From an uncultured Bacillales bacterium (GTDB taxonomy: Bacteria; Bacillota_I; Bacilli_A; RF39; UBA660): a stretch of 64,000 bases of DNA. The position numbers and the translations under genes are program-made. The notes beneath the pieces were generated by a model, which made no database searches, was not told where the DNA came from, and worked only from the letters and a program-made list of their open reading frames with translations. Below are positions 36,976 through 47,350 of the stretch, piece after piece (positions within the stretch are counted from its first letter, which is position 1; each line of letters starts with the position of its first letter). The stretch lies in NCBI GenBank assembly GCA_902477075.1, contig CABSFU010000001.1, positions 15,881 to 79,880 of the forward strand, given 5' to 3'.

Positions 36976-37481
36976 TATCTAATTTCCTCAACTTTCTTAC
37001 CACGAAGTTTTGCAACTTCTTCGATTGTTCTTTGAGATTTTAATGCTTCAAGTGTTGCATATGCCATATTAATTTTTGTATTTGATCCAAGTGATTTTGA
37101 TAAAATATCTTTAACACCAGCTAATTCTAGTACGGCTCTTACTGGTCCACCAGCTTTTACTCCTGTACCTTCTGCTGCAGGTTTTAACATAACCTTACTA
37201 GCACCTCTTACACCAATTGCTTCATGAGGAATTGTTCTTTCATCAACTAAAGAGATTCTAACAACATTTTTTTGAGCTGCTTGTGAAGCTTTTTTAATTG
37301 CATCAGGTACTTCATTTGCTTTACCAGTACCTAGTCCAACTTTACCTTTTCTGTCACCTACAACTACTGTTGCTGAGAAACGAAAATGACGACCACCTTT
37401 TGTAACTTTTGTTACTCTTCCAATATTGATAACTTGTTCTTCATATTGTTTTGGGCGTGGTTCTCTTTTTGTTCTTTCCAT
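36975..37481 (-). CDS. rpsE: 30S ribosomal protein S5
   Basis: [27 protein letters not shown]. Its stop abuts the rplO start, so there is no room for rpmD. Confidence 0.97.
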   Translation of the reverse strand: MERTKREPRPKQYEEQVINIGRVTKVTKGGRHFRFSATVVVGDRKGKVGLGTGKANEVPDAIKKASQAAQKNVVRISLVDERTIPHEAIGVRGASKVMLKPAAEGTGVKAGGPVRAVLELAGVKDILSKSLGSNTKINMAYATLEALKSQRTIEEVAKLRGKKVEEIR

Positions 37482-37495
37482 TGGTTACCCTCCTT

Positions 37496-37858
37496 TTAGA
37501 ATTCTAATCCATTTTCACGTGCTGCTTCTGCTAAAGCTTTTACACGGCCATGATATAAGTATCCACCTCTATCAAAGACTACTTTTTCGATTTTTGCTTT
37601 TTTTGCTCTTTTTGCTAATAATTCTCCAACTTTTGCAGCAGCTTCTGTGTTACCACCGTTAGCTAATTTTAGTTCTTTATCAATAGAGGAAGCACTTACT
37701 AATGTAGTACCTTTTTCATCATCTATGATTTGAGCAAAAATATTACTATTTGATCTAAATACGTTTAATCTTGGAGTTGTTGCAGTGCCACTGATTTTGT
37801 TTCTTACACGTGCATGTCTAGCTAAACGTACTTCGTTACGAGCTACTTTATTAACCAT
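37496..37858 (-). CDS. rplR: 50S ribosomal protein L18
   Basis: [24 protein letters not shown]...[24 protein letters not shown]. Confidence 0.97.
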   Translation of the reverse strand: MVNKVARNEVRLARHARVRNKISGTATTPRLNVFRSNSNIFAQIIDDEKGTTLVSASSIDKELKLANGGNTEAAAKVGELLAKRAKKAKIEKVVFDRGGYLYHGRVKALAEAARENGLEF

Positions 37859-37884
37859 AGTTACTCTCCTTTACTTAAATTTAA

Positions 37885-38415
37885 TTAAGCTGCTTTCTTT
37901 CCTTCTTTACGAGGAATATATTCATCTTTATAACGAATACCTTTTCCTTTGTAAGGTTCTGGTTTTCTTAGTTTTCTAATATTAGCAGCAAATTCTCCAA
38001 CTTGGCATTTATCAATACCTTTTATAACGATTTCTGTATTACTAATACCTTCAACAGTTAATCCTGATGGAACTTCAACGATATCTGAATGTGATTTACC
38101 TGTGTTTACAGTAATTTTATTACCACTTACATTGAAACGGTAACCAACACCTACAGCTTCTAATCCTTTAGAATATCCCTCTGTTACACCAATAATCATA
38201 TTTCTGATATTAGCATTTGCTGTACCATGAAAGTTTTTAAAGTTATCATTTTTTCTTTCTACAATAACTTCATTATCTTTTACAGTAACTGTAATGTTTT
38301 TATTAATTTCAGTAGAAAGTTCACCTTTAGGACCTTTTACTGTAACTGTTGTACCATTTACAGTTAATGTTACGTTTTCAGGTAAAGTTAATACTCTATT
38401 ACCAATACGACTCAT
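37885..38415 (-). CDS. rplF: 50S ribosomal protein L6
   Basis: MSRIGNRVLTLPENVTLTV...PEPYKGKGIRY. Confidence 0.97.
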   Translation of the reverse strand: MSRIGNRVLTLPENVTLTVNGTTVTVKGPKGELSTEINKNITVTVKDNEVIVERKNDNFKNFHGTANANIRNMIIGVTEGYSKGLEAVGVGYRFNVSGNKITVNTGKSHSDIVEVPSGLTVEGISNTEIVIKGIDKCQVGEFAANIRKLRKPEPYKGKGIRYKDEYIPRKEGKKAA

Positions 38416-38431
38416 ATTTAATCCTCTCTTT

Positions 38432-38824
38432 CTACCAAATATAAGCTAATACTTCTCCACCTAGAGATTCTTTTCTAGCTTCTTTATCTGTCATTAATCC
38501 TTTAGATGTTGAAACAATAGCAATTCCAAGTCCATTTAATACTCTTGGAAGCTCCTCAACTGAGGCATAAACACGTAATCCTGGTTTTGAAATTCTTTTT
38601 AATCCAGTGATTACACGTTCCTTATTTTGTCCATATTTTAAATTAAGTGAAATAATATTTTGAACATTATTTTTCTTAATTTTATAGTCACTAATGAATC
38701 CTTCTTCTTTTAAGATTCTAGCAATTTCTACTTTAATCTTTGAAGCAGGTACTTCAACTTCTTTGTATCGCATTACGTTAGCATTACGAATACGCGTTAA
38801 CATATCTGCAATTGGATCTGTCAT
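38432..38824 (-). CDS. rpsH: 30S ribosomal protein S8
   Basis: [15 protein letters not shown]...GGEVLAYIW. Confidence 0.97.
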   Translation of the reverse strand: MTDPIADMLTRIRNANVMRYKEVEVPASKIKVEIARILKEEGFISDYKIKKNNVQNIISLNLKYGQNKERVITGLKRISKPGLRVYASVEELPRVLNGLGIAIVSTSKGLMTDKEARKESLGGEVLAYIW

Positions 38825-38843
38825 ACAATCCCTCCTTCTCTAA

Positions 38844-39029
38844 TTACCAACTAGATTTTTTTACACCTGGTATTTGTCCTTTATAAGCTAATTCTCTAAA
38901 ACAAATACGACAAATTCCATATTTTCTAAGTACTGCGTGAGGTCTACCACATCTTTCACAACGAGTATATTCACGTACTTTAAATTTTGGTTTTCTTGAT
39001 TGTTTTACAATCATACTTTTTTTAGCCAT
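38844..39029 (-). CDS. rpsZ: 30S ribosomal protein S14, type Z (zinc-binding, 61 aa)
   Basis: [25 protein letters not shown]. Confidence 0.96.
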   Translation of the reverse strand: MAKKSMIVKQSRKPKFKVREYTRCERCGRPHAVLRKYGICRICFRELAYKGQIPGVKKSSW

Positions 39030-39048
39030 AATATCCTCCTAATATCCA

Positions 39049-39588
39049 TTATTTTTTAAATGGCATACCGAATCCTTTTAAAAGAGATAATGCTTCTTCA
39101 TTTGAAGTCGCTGTAGTAACAAATACGATATCCATACCTCTTACTTTAACAACGTTATCATATTCAATTTCTGGGAATATTAATTGTTCTGTAAGCCCTA
39201 AAGTATAGTTACCTCTTCCATCAAAAGCTTTTGGAGATATTCCTCTAAAATCTCTTACACGTGGTAATGTAATACTAATTAATTTATCTAAAAAGTTATA
39301 CATGTTTTCTCCACGTAATGTTACTTTACAACCAATTGCTTGGCCTTCTCTTATTTTAAATCCGGCAATTGCTTTTTTTGCTTTTGTAGCAACTGGTTTT
39401 TGTCCAGTAATTATTTCCAAATCTTTCATAGCTGCTTCTAATAATTTACTATTTGTAGAAGCATCACCACATCCAATATTTACTACGATTTTTGATAATG
39501 CTGGAACTTGATTGACATTAGCATATTTAAATTCTTCTTTTAAACTTGGTACGATTTCATTTATATATTTTTCTTTTAGGCGGTTCAT
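39049..39588 (-). CDS. rplE: 50S ribosomal protein L5
   Basis: [16 protein letters not shown]...[24 protein letters not shown] lies 8 nt before the ATG at 39588. Confidence 0.97.
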   Translation of the reverse strand: MNRLKEKYINEIVPSLKEEFKYANVNQVPALSKIVVNIGCGDASTNSKLLEAAMKDLEIITGQKPVATKAKKAIAGFKIREGQAIGCKVTLRGENMYNFLDKLISITLPRVRDFRGISPKAFDGRGNYTLGLTEQLIFPEIEYDNVVKVRGMDIVFVTTATSNEEALSLLKGFGMPFKK

Positions 39589-39608
39589 AATCAATACCCT
39601 CCTTCCAA

Positions 39609-39917
39609 TTAATCAAGGGTTGAATTAGATTTTTTAGTTACTCTAATTTTTTTCCCTTTTTTATCTATTTCATGTCCTATTCTGGTACCTTTTTTAGTTT
39701 TAGGATCGATTATCATTACATTTGAAGCATGAATTGGAGCTTCTACTTCTACGATGCTTCCTGGTTGGTTACCTTGAGGTTTTACATGTTTTTTTGCAAT
39801 GTTGATACCTTCAACGATAACTTTGTTTTCATCTCTAAGTATTTTTGTAATAGTACCTTCTTTTCCTTTATCCTTACCAGTAATAACAACAACTTTATCT
39901 CCAGTTTTAAAGTTCAT
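39609..39917 (-). CDS. rplX: 50S ribosomal protein L24
   Basis: [23 protein letters not shown], a KOW motif. Confidence 0.96.
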   Translation of the reverse strand: MNFKTGDKVVVITGKDKGKEGTITKILRDENKVIVEGINIAKKHVKPQGNQPGSIVEVEAPIHASNVMIIDPKTKKGTRIGHEIDKKGKKIRVTKKSNSTLD

Positions 39918-39938
39918 ACTGTCTCTCCTTCCTGAAAA

Positions 39939-40307
39939 TTATAATACTTCTTTCGCAAGCGATACAATTTTCATAAAATCATGATCACGTAATTCACGTG
40001 CTACTGGTCCAAATACACGAGTTCCAACTGGACTCTTATCATCTTTAATAATTACACATGCATTATCATCGAACTTAATATAAGATCCGTCTTCTCTTCT
40101 TAGACCAAATTTGCTTCTAACAACTACAGCTTTTACAACTTTTCCTTTTTTTACTGTACCGTTAGGAGTTGCTTTTTTTACAGTTGCAACAACTATATCA
40201 CCAATATTACCAGTTTTAACTTTGCTTCCACCAAGTACACGAATAACGCTTATTTCACGAGCACCTGAATTGTCTGCTACTTTTAAACGGCTTTCTTGTT
40301 GAATCAT
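39939..40307 (-). CDS. rplN: 50S ribosomal protein L14
   Basis: [28 protein letters not shown]. Confidence 0.98.
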   Translation of the reverse strand: MIQQESRLKVADNSGAREISVIRVLGGSKVKTGNIGDIVVATVKKATPNGTVKKGKVVKAVVVRSKFGLRREDGSYIKFDDNACVIIKDDKSPVGTRVFGPVARELRDHDFMKIVSLAKEVL

Positions 40308-40332
40308 ATATTGATCCTCCTTCCAGTTTCAA

Positions 40333-40587
40333 TTATAAAATAATTGCTTTTTCTACAATTTCTACTAAACGAAAACGTTTTGTTCTAGATAATGGTCTAG
40401 TTTCAACAATACGTACGATATCGCCAATTTTTGCTTCGTTCTTTTCATCATGAGCAGCATATTTTTTAGAATATTTTACACGTTTTTTATAAAGTGGATG
40501 ATTTTTGTAAGTTTCAACTAATACTGTAATTGTTTTATCAGTTTTATCGCTTACTACTCTTCCAACTAATTCTCTTTTTCTTTCCAT
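40333..40587 (-). CDS. rpsQ: 30S ribosomal protein S17
   Basis: [29 protein letters not shown]. Confidence 0.97.
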   Translation of the reverse strand: MERKRELVGRVVSDKTDKTITVLVETYKNHPLYKKRVKYSKKYAAHDEKNEAKIGDIVRIVETRPLSRTKRFRLVEIVEKAIIL

Positions 40588-40590
40588 TAA

Positions 40591-40794
40591 TTAACCCTCC
40601 TTAACTTCTAATTCACGTTCACGTAAAATTGTTTTCATACGGGCAACTAATTTTCTTAATTCATTAATACGTGCTGGTTTTTCTAAATTACCTGTAGCTT
40701 GGCTGAAACGTAAATTGAATAGTTCTTCTTTATATTCAGCAATTTTATTCATGATTTCTTCATTTGTTAAAGCTCTAATTTCACTATTCTTCAT
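40591..40794 (-). CDS. rpmC: 50S ribosomal protein L29
   Basis: [42 protein letters not shown] lies 9 nt before the ATG at 40794. Confidence 0.95.
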   Translation of the reverse strand: MKNSEIRALTNEEIMNKIAEYKEELFNLRFSQATGNLEKPARINELRKLVARMKTILRERELEVKEG

Positions 40795-41212
40795 TCGCTT
40801 CATCCTCCTTTTTTACAAATTTACATTTGATTGGTAGTTTATGCATAGCAAGTCTTAACGCTTCGCGTGCTACTTCTTCACTTACATCACCAATTTCAAA
40901 CATAATTTTTCCTTTTTTTACTACTGCTACCCATACTTCTGGTTGTCCTTTACCTTTACCCATACGAGTTTCCAAAGGAATTTTAGTTAGTGATAAATGT
41001 GGAAATATATTAATCCATACTTTACCACCACGTTTCATATATCTTGTCATTGCAACACGAGCTGCTTCGATTTGTTGTTGCGTAATCCAAGCACCTTCCA
41101 TTGCCATTAATCCATATTCTCCAAAATGTAATTCTGTATTACCTTTTGCTACACCATCATATCTCAATCTATGAGGTCTTCTATATTTAGTTCTTTTTGG
41201 TATTAACGCCAT
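40784..41212 (-). CDS. rplP: 50S ribosomal protein L16
   Basis: [15 protein letters not shown]...RMGKGKG. GGGAGG lies 8 nt before the ATG at 41212, inside the 3' end of rpsC. Confidence 0.96.
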   Translation of the reverse strand: MALIPKRTKYRRPHRLRYDGVAKGNTELHFGEYGLMAMEGAWITQQQIEAARVAMTRYMKRGGKVWINIFPHLSLTKIPLETRMGKGKGQPEVWVAVVKKGKIMFEIGDVSEEVAREALRLAMHKLPIKCKFVKKEDEANEE

Positions 41213-41864
41213 TAGTATTACCTCCCTTTTCTTTTGAGGCAAGGATTTCACCTTTATAAATCCATACTTTTACACCGATTTTACCATAAGTTGTATCAGC
41301 TTCTTTGTGAGCATAATCAATATCTGCTCTTAAAGTATGTAAAGGAATATTTCCTTCTGTATATCCTTCTGTTCTAGCCATATCAGCGCCACCTAAACGA
41401 CCTGATACTGAAGTTTTAATTCCTTTTGCTCCTGCTTTCATAGCATTTCTAATTGCTCTTTTTTGTGCAATTCTAAATGATACTCTATTTTCAATTTGAT
41501 GAGCAATATTTTCAGCAACTAATGCTGCATCAATATCTGGATTTTTAACTTCTTTAATTGAAATTTGTATATTTTCATTAACTAATTTTGCAACTTCATT
41601 TTTAAGTTTTTCTATTTCTTCGCCACTGTGTCCAATAATTACACCTGGTTTTGCTGTACTAATGATAACTTCTGTTTTATTAGCATTTCTTTCAATAAGA
41701 ATACTTGAAACTGCTGCGTCTTTTAGTTTTTTTTCTAAAAATCTACGAATTTTAACATCATTGTTTAAAAATTTTGCGAAATCTTTATTACCTGCATACC
41801 ATTTTGATTCCCAAGTTTTATTGATTCCAACTCTAAGTCCTATTGGACTAACTTTTTGACCCAT
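41187..41864 (-). CDS. rpsC: 30S ribosomal protein S3
   Basis: [24 protein letters not shown], with a KH domain. Confidence 0.97.
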   Translation of the reverse strand: MGQKVSPIGLRVGINKTWESKWYAGNKDFAKFLNNDVKIRRFLEKKLKDAAVSSILIERNANKTEVIISTAKPGVIIGHSGEEIEKLKNEVAKLVNENIQISIKEVKNPDIDAALVAENIAHQIENRVSFRIAQKRAIRNAMKAGAKGIKTSVSGRLGGADMARTEGYTEGNIPLHTLRADIDYAHKEADTTYGKIGVKVWIYKGEILASKEKGGNTNGVNTKKN

Positions 41865-41875
41865 CAGTTTACCTC

Positions 41876-42211
41876 CTATCTAACGTCACTAACAACAATT
41901 GTTATATGACTTGTTCTTTTCTTAATTGGATCTACATGACCACGTGATCCAAATTTCATTCTTTTCATTGTTTGACCTTCATTTACATATGCTTCTTTTA
42001 CATATAAATTTTCTTTGTCTAAACCTAAATTATTGCAAGCATTTGCAACTGCAGAAGTAAGTACTTTTCTACTTAATCTTGCAGATTCTTTATTAATATT
42101 ACTTAAAATAATATCAGCTTCTACTACATTTTTTCCACGTATTAAATCTATAACTAAACGGCATTTACGAGGAGCAATTCTAAGACCTTTTGCTATCGCT
42201 TTTGTTTCCAT
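41876..42211 (-). CDS. rplV: 50S ribosomal protein L22
   Basis: [21 protein letters not shown]. Confidence 0.97.
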   Translation of the reverse strand: METKAIAKGLRIAPRKCRLVIDLIRGKNVVEADIILSNINKESARLSRKVLTSAVANACNNLGLDKENLYVKEAYVNEGQTMKRMKFGSRGHVDPIKKRTSHITIVVSDVR

Positions 42212-42236
42212 TTTAGTCCTCCTTCCTGATCAATCA

Positions 42237-42509
42237 CTATTTTTTATCTTTGTTTTCGCCGTGTCCACCACATTTACGAGTTGGAGCAAATTCTCCTAAT
42301 TTATGTCCAACCATATCTTCTGTTACATAAACTGGGATGAATTCTTTCCCTGAATGAACACCAAATGTATGTCCAATAAATTCAGGGAAAATTGTTGAAC
42401 GGCGAGACCAAGTTTTAATTACTTCTTTTTTTCCAGTTTCATTTAATTTTTTTACCTTTTTCATTAGACTTTCATCTACGAAAGGTCCTTTTTTTAAACT
42501 TCTAGCCAT
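42237..42509 (-). CDS. rpsS: 30S ribosomal protein S19
   Basis: [15 protein letters not shown]...[11 protein letters not shown]. Confidence 0.98.
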   Translation of the reverse strand: MARSLKKGPFVDESLMKKVKKLNETGKKEVIKTWSRRSTIFPEFIGHTFGVHSGKEFIPVYVTEDMVGHKLGEFAPTRKCGGHGENKDKK

Positions 42510-42525
42510 CTAAACCATCCTTTCA

Positions 42526-43356
42526 CTATTTTTTACGACGACGAACAATTAATTTGTCAGTTGATTTTTTATTTTTACGTGTTTTATATCCTAATGCTGG
42601 TTTACCCCAAGGAGTAACTGGTCCTTTACGTCCGATTGGTGCTCTACCTTCACCACCACCATGTGGGTGATCATTAGGGTTCATAACAGAACCACGAACA
42701 GTTGGGCGAATACCCATATGTCTCTTACGTCCTGCTTTTCCTAAGCTAACAAGTTCATGATCAGCATTTCCTACTTCTCCAATTGTTGCATAGCAAACGC
42801 TAAGAACTTTTCTTACTTCACCGCTAGTTAAACGAATTAAAGTATATTTTCCTTCACGTCCTAAGATTTGTGCACTTGAACCTGCACTTCTAACTAGGCT
42901 TGCGCCTTTTCCAGGATTTAATTCAATATTATGAACTAAAGTACCTTCTGGAATTTTTCCAAGTGGCAAAGCATTTCCTGCTTTAATATCTGAATTTTCA
43001 CCACTTACAATTTTGTCTCCAACTTTTAATCCTTTTGGAGCAATGATGTATCTTTTTTCACCATCTACATATTTAATTAAAGCAATGTTAGCACTTCTGT
43101 TTGGATCGTATTCAATAGTTGCTACAGTACCAACTACATCATATTTATCTCTTTTAAAATCAATAATACGATATTTTCTTTTAGCACCGCCACCGATATG
43201 TCTTACAGTAATTCTACCTTGATTGTTACGACCACCAGTTTTCTTTAATGTTACTACTAATGATTTTTCTGGAGTACTTGTTGTAATTTCTTCATTTACT
43301 AATTTTGACATTCCACGAGTACCATTAGTCATTGGTTTATAATTTTTAATAGCCAT
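42526..43356 (-). CDS. rplB: 50S ribosomal protein L2
   Basis: [20 protein letters not shown]...[14 protein letters not shown]. Confidence 0.98.
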   Translation of the reverse strand: MAIKNYKPMTNGTRGMSKLVNEEITTSTPEKSLVVTLKKTGGRNNQGRITVRHIGGGAKRKYRIIDFKRDKYDVVGTVATIEYDPNRSANIALIKYVDGEKRYIIAPKGLKVGDKIVSGENSDIKAGNALPLGKIPEGTLVHNIELNPGKGASLVRSAGSSAQILGREGKYTLIRLTSGEVRKVLSVCYATIGEVGNADHELVSLGKAGRKRHMGIRPTVRGSVMNPNDHPHGGGEGRAPIGRKGPVTPWGKPALGYKTRKNKKSTDKLIVRRRKK

Positions 43357-43374
43357 TATATACCTCCTTTAGGA

Positions 43375-43653
43375 TTAGTTAAGTTCGATTGAACTTCCTT
43401 CTTTTAATTTAACGATTGCTTTTTTAACTTTATTTGTTTTTCCAGTATAACGTCCTACTCTTTTTTTCTTTGGCTTTACGTTTACTGTATTAACACTATC
43501 TACTTTTACATTGAAAATTGCTTCAATTGCTTGTTTGATTTGTGTTTTATTTGCTCTTACATCAACACTGAATGTAATTACATTATTTGCTGCTAATGTA
43601 GAACTTTTTTCTGTAATAATTGGCGCTTTGATGATATCTCTATAATTATTCAT
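43375..43653 (-). CDS. rplW: 50S ribosomal protein L23
   Basis: [13 protein letters not shown]...[17 protein letters not shown]. Confidence 0.96.
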   Translation of the reverse strand: MNNYRDIIKAPIITEKSSTLAANNVITFSVDVRANKTQIKQAIEAIFNVKVDSVNTVNVKPKKKRVGRYTGKTNKVKKAIVKLKEGSSIELN

Positions 43654-44276
43654 TATTGAAGCACCTCCTCAATTGTTTTTACAGCTGCTTCTTCAATAAT
43701 CATTTTATCAGCTGCAATAATATCTAAAACATTGATTTCATCTGCTTGTAATAAATTTACATAATTTAAATTACGAGTAGCTAAAATCATATTTTCGTCT
43801 AATTCGTTTACAACGATTAATACATTTTTAGTAGCTTCTAATCCATTCAAAATTGCTTTTAAATCTTTTGTTTTAGAAGTTTCTAATTTAAATGAATCAA
43901 CAACGATTAATTCACTATTAATTGTTTTGTATGCTAAAGCTGATTTTAAAGCTAAACGTCTTTCTTTTCTATTCATCTTTTTAGCATAACTTCTCATATG
44001 TGGTCCGAATACTACACCACCGTGATACCATTGAGCAGCACGAATAGATCCTTGTCTAGCACGTCCTGTTCCTTTTTGTCTCCATGGTTTTCTTCCACCA
44101 CCACTTACTTCACTACGTGTTTTTGTTTCATGAGTACCTTGTCTTTCAGAATTTCTAGCTAATGTAATTGCATCATATAAAACAGCATCATTTGGAACAA
44201 TTCCAAATACTTCTTCATTTAAAGCGATGTCATTTATTTGTTCGCCTTTAAGATTAACAATATTCATTTTTTTCAT
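43653..44276 (-). CDS. rplD: 50S ribosomal protein L4
   Basis: [35 protein letters not shown]. An alternative start is at 44267. Confidence 0.96.
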   Translation of the reverse strand: MKKMNIVNLKGEQINDIALNEEVFGIVPNDAVLYDAITLARNSERQGTHETKTRSEVSGGGRKPWRQKGTGRARQGSIRAAQWYHGGVVFGPHMRSYAKKMNRKERRLALKSALAYKTINSELIVVDSFKLETSKTKDLKAILNGLEATKNVLIVVNELDENMILATRNLNYVNLLQADEINVLDIIAADKMIIEEAAVKTIEEVLQ

Positions 44277-44286
44277 ATTGTACCTC

Positions 44287-45015
44287 CTATTCTGAAACCG
44301 TTTCTTCTGATACTTCTTGAGTTTCAGCTTCTACTGTTTCTACTGGTGCTTCTACATAACTGTTTAATTCTTCCATTTCATTTACTTTTCCTGCTTTTTT
44401 TACAGATGTTTTAATTGTTACTACAGAATTTTTAGCTCCTGGAACATTTCCTTTTACTAAGATAATATTATTTTCAACATCTACTTGTACAATCTCTAAA
44501 TTTTGGATTGTAACAGTTAAGCTACCCATATGTCCTGGTAATTTTTTACCTTTAAATACACGCATTGGTCTCATTGTACCCATAGATCCTGGTCCTCTAT
44601 GATAATGTGAACCATGTCCCATAGGTCCTCTTGATTGGTTATGACGTTTAATAACCCCTTGAAACCCTTTACCTTTACTAGTTCCTGTAACATCAACAAC
44701 TTCACCTTCAGTAAAGATATCTGCAGAGATTTCTTGACCTAATGTATAAGCGTTAACGTCTACACCTCTAATTTCTTTAAAGAAGCGCTTAGGTGCAGTA
44801 TTTGCTTTTTTCGTAATTCCTACGCTTGCTTTTGTCGCTAACTTTTCTCTTTTTGTATCAAAACCTAATTGAATTGCTTCGTAACCATCATTTTCCATAG
44901 TCTTAATTTGTGTTACCACATTTGGTTCTACTTCAATAACAGTTACAGGAATTAATTTACCAGATTTTGTAAATACTTGAGTCATTCCTAATTTACGACC
45001 TAAGATTCCTTTCAT
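44287..45015 (-). CDS. rplC: 50S ribosomal protein L3 with an acidic C-terminal tail of about 35 aa
   Basis: [15 protein letters not shown]...[12 protein letters not shown]. The tail reads [31 protein letters not shown]. Confidence 0.96.
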   Translation of the reverse strand: MKGILGRKLGMTQVFTKSGKLIPVTVIEVEPNVVTQIKTMENDGYEAIQLGFDTKREKLATKASVGITKKANTAPKRFFKEIRGVDVNAYTLGQEISADIFTEGEVVDVTGTSKGKGFQGVIKRHNQSRGPMGHGSHYHRGPGSMGTMRPMRVFKGKKLPGHMGSLTVTIQNLEIVQVDVENNIILVKGNVPGAKNSVVTIKTSVKKAGKVNEMEELNSYVEAPVETVEAETQEVSEETVSE

Positions 45016-45032
45016 ATTATTTCCTCCTTATT

Positions 45033-45341
45033 TTATAACTTAATTTGAATATCAACGCCACTTGGAATTTCTAGACGTGTTAATGCGTCAATTGTTTCCT
45101 TACTTGGATCGTTAATAACAATAAGTCTTTTGTGTGTTCTTTTTTCAAATTGTTCTCTTGAATCTTTATATTTGTGAACAGCTCTTAAAATAGTGATTTT
45201 TTCAATTTCAGTTGGTAGTGGAATTGGTCCTGAAACTATGCCACCTGATCTTTTAACAATTTCAACTATTTTAGCGCAAGCATTGTCCAAACTTTTGTGT
45301 TCAAAAGATTTCAATCTGATGCTAACTTTAGTTTTTGCCAT
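45033..45341 (-). CDS. rpsJ: 30S ribosomal protein S10
   Basis: [20 protein letters not shown]...[26 protein letters not shown]. Confidence 0.98.
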   Translation of the reverse strand: MAKTKVSIRLKSFEHKSLDNACAKIVEIVKRSGGIVSGPIPLPTEIEKITILRAVHKYKDSREQFEKRTHKRLIVINDPSKETIDALTRLEIPSGVDIQIKL

Positions 45342-45473
45342 AATATCCTCCCTTCGCCTATATCTAGTATAGACTCGCTCCGTGTAAAAACCTGATATAT
45401 CAGATTAAATTATTTAACAACTTAACCTGGCGTATCAGCAACCTCACACATCTATGCGTGCCACACATTCAAC
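45342..45473 (-). promoter_or_regulatory. putative structured 5' leader of the S10 operon (about 125 nt)
   Basis: The leader lies between the strong promoter and the rpsJ RBS (GAAGGGAGG). It is locally GC-enriched relative to its surroundings. It contains self-complementary segments, for example CTGATATATCAG and GTGTGGCACGCATAGATGTGTG. Confidence 0.4.
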
Positions 45474-45502
45474 ATTATACATAAAAATTGTATGAAAAGC
45501 AA
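45474..45502 (-). promoter_or_regulatory. sigma-A promoter of the S10-spc-alpha cluster (TTGCTT-17-TATAAT)
   Basis: Reverse strand: TTGCTT (45497-45502), a 17-nt spacer, then consensus TATAAT (45474-45479). Confidence 0.7.
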
Positions 45503-45550
45503 GACCTTTTTATTCTTTTTTAGTTTTTATTTTCAATTTATATTTCAATA

Positions 45551-45584
45551 CCAAAAAAGAAAGTCTTATCACTTTCTTTTTTGG
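45551..45584 (-). terminator. 14-bp perfect hairpin at the end of the amidotransferase gene
   Basis: CCAAAAAAGAAAGT (45551-45564) / ACTTTCTTTTTTGG (45571-45584) with a 6-nt loop containing the TGA stop. The distal T-tract is weak, so terminator function is uncertain. Confidence 0.5.
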
Positions 45585-46267
45585 TATTGTTTTGCGCTTT
45601 CTATTAATTCACCAAATATTTTTTGACTATTCTCATCTTCCTTTGGTAATAATTCAGGATGCCATTGTAATCCTAGATGAAATTTGCATATTTGAGATTC
45701 TATAGCTTCTATGATTCCGTCCTCTGCATAGGCTCCTACTTTATAATTGCCACTACCTGTAATATGGTAATTATGGCGACTATTTACCATAATTTCATCC
45801 TTTGACAAAATTTGCTTTAGTAATGTTAATTCTTGTATTAAAATTTTATGGCAATATGTTTCTTTTGAATTATGAACAATATTGCTGCAATTTTTTTCAT
45901 TCACTATTTGGTTATTATAAGATGCCATCATTTGCATTCCAGCACATATTCCCAAATATGGTATATCTTGTTCATAACAATACTCATATATTTTTCTTTC
46001 ATGATTATATATTCTTGTGGCACCCGGTTTTACAATCGCATCACATAATGAAATGGATTCTTTTAATTCTTGTTGTTCCATTTCTGTTAATAAAGGAATT
46101 TCACTCACTTTATTATCTACAAAACGAGCAATATTACTTGGAAATAAACCAATTGGTCTTCCTCCACTTCTTACAATCCATTCTACGATTGGAGTTAATA
46201 CCTCATATATATAATCTCCATCTTTATCTGTATATGGCCATTCGACTATTCCTATAATTGGTTTCAT
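45569..46267 (-). CDS. class I glutamine amidotransferase / gamma-glutamyl hydrolase family (peptidase C26)
   Basis: Nucleophile elbow GICAGMQMM and a LQWHPE His-Glu block. Confidence 0.85.
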   Translation of the reverse strand: MKPIIGIVEWPYTDKDGDYIYEVLTPIVEWIVRSGGRPIGLFPSNIARFVDNKVSEIPLLTEMEQQELKESISLCDAIVKPGATRIYNHERKIYEYCYEQDIPYLGICAGMQMMASYNNQIVNEKNCSNIVHNSKETYCHKILIQELTLLKQILSKDEIMVNSRHNYHITGSGNYKVGAYAEDGIIEAIESQICKFHLGLQWHPELLPKEDENSQKIFGELIESAKQYQKRK

Positions 46268-46306
46268 TTCATCACTCCTAATGGGGTATATAATATAAGA
46301 GAAATA

Positions 46307-47140
46307 TTATTTTGTCAAATTATTTGCTATTTCAACAAATGTTTCTATTGTTATCTGTTCAGCTCTGGTACTTAAATCTTGATGATGTTTTTTTAAAACT
46401 TCTTCTATTTTATTTAAATCATAATTTTTTAAATTATTTCTAATTGTTTTTCTTTTTTGTGTAAAACTGTCTCTAATTAATTTAAAAAATAGTTGTTCAT
46501 CTATTAAGCGATACCTATTTTCTTTTTTTGTAAATTCTACTACAATGCTATCTACATTTGGTTTTGGAAGAAAAATATTTTTACTAATATCCATTAATTT
46601 TTTTACACCAAAATAATAATTTAGATATATGGATAATGAATTATAATCTTTCGATCCAGGTTGAGCCTTAAAGCGATCACCAACTTCTTTTTGAACCATT
46701 ACTACCATTTTATCTACATTTAAGTTTTCTTCTATTACATGAATAATGATTGGTGTTGTAATGTAGTAGGGTAGATTAGCTACTATATATAACTTTTTAT
46801 AATTGTATTTTTTAATATCTTTTACAACGTCTGCTTGTAAGAAATCTTGATAAATAATTTCTACATTATTAGTATTTTTTAAATTTTCATTTAGTATTTC
46901 TTTTAATGTTGTGTCAATTTCATAACACAATACATTTTTTGAAAATTCCGCTAATTTTGATGTTAAAGAGCCAGCTCCTGGGCCTATCTCTATTACTAAT
47001 GTATCTTTATCAATTCCAGATTTTGTAACAATTGATGATATTATATTTTCATCTATAATAAAATTTTGTCCAAACTTTTTTTTGAAATTAAAGTTGTTTT
47101 TTTCTAATATTTCATTCATTTTTTTTGGTGAATATTCCAT
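46307..47140 (-). CDS. rsmA: 16S rRNA (adenine1518/1519-N6)-dimethyltransferase
   Basis: KKKFGQNFIIDENI, EIGPGAGSLT, and ANLPYYITTPI. GGAAGTGA precedes the ATG at 47140. Confidence 0.95.
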   Translation of the reverse strand: MEYSPKKMNEILEKNNFNFKKKFGQNFIIDENIISSIVTKSGIDKDTLVIEIGPGAGSLTSKLAEFSKNVLCYEIDTTLKEILNENLKNTNNVEIIYQDFLQADVVKDIKKYNYKKLYIVANLPYYITTPIIIHVIEENLNVDKMVVMVQKEVGDRFKAQPGSKDYNSLSIYLNYYFGVKKLMDISKNIFLPKPNVDSIVVEFTKKENRYRLIDEQLFFKLIRDSFTQKRKTIRNNLKNYDLNKIEEVLKKHHQDLSTRAEQITIETFVEIANNLTK

Positions 47141-47282
47141 AGTATCACTTCCAAGAAGAGTATAGCAAAAACCATATATTTTTACAAGAAAAAAATATTC
47201 TAATACCACAGAAGGTTGTTAAAAATCGATATTCAAAGAACATAATTAATATAAGTTCATTAGATATATTCTTTTTTATTTA

Positions 47283-47306
47283 TATATGGTTGATTATATG
47301 GTTGAT
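47283..47306. repeat. perfect 12-bp tandem duplication (TATATGGTTGAT x2)
   Basis: 47283-47294 equals 47295-47306. It is intergenic between the ftsH stop and the rsmA start. Confidence 0.8.
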
Positions 47307-47350
47307 TTATTTTTTATAATGACTTCTAATCATTATAAAAACAAAAAGAA

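Noticed and set aside
32740-41174. Plus-strand ORFs inside ribosomal protein genes (32740-33084, 36761-36982, 37426-37662, 39302-39511, 40111-40302, 40827-41174 and others)
   Set aside because: They are antisense shadows of highly conserved minus-strand genes. They have no RBS, low-complexity translations, and frames explained by codon bias on the opposite strand.
33621-45015. N-terminal 15-aa extension of IF-1 and acidic C-terminal 35-aa tail of L3, considered as possible mis-annotations or fusions
   Set aside because: Both extensions are in frame and bounded by good RBS and stop signals, with no alternative internal start for infA. They look like lineage-specific tails rather than anomalies.
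45802-46257. 151-aa and 65-aa plus-strand ORFs inside the amidotransferase gene
   Set aside because: They are antisense shadows. The minus-strand frame carries the GICAGMQ and QWHPE catalytic blocks.
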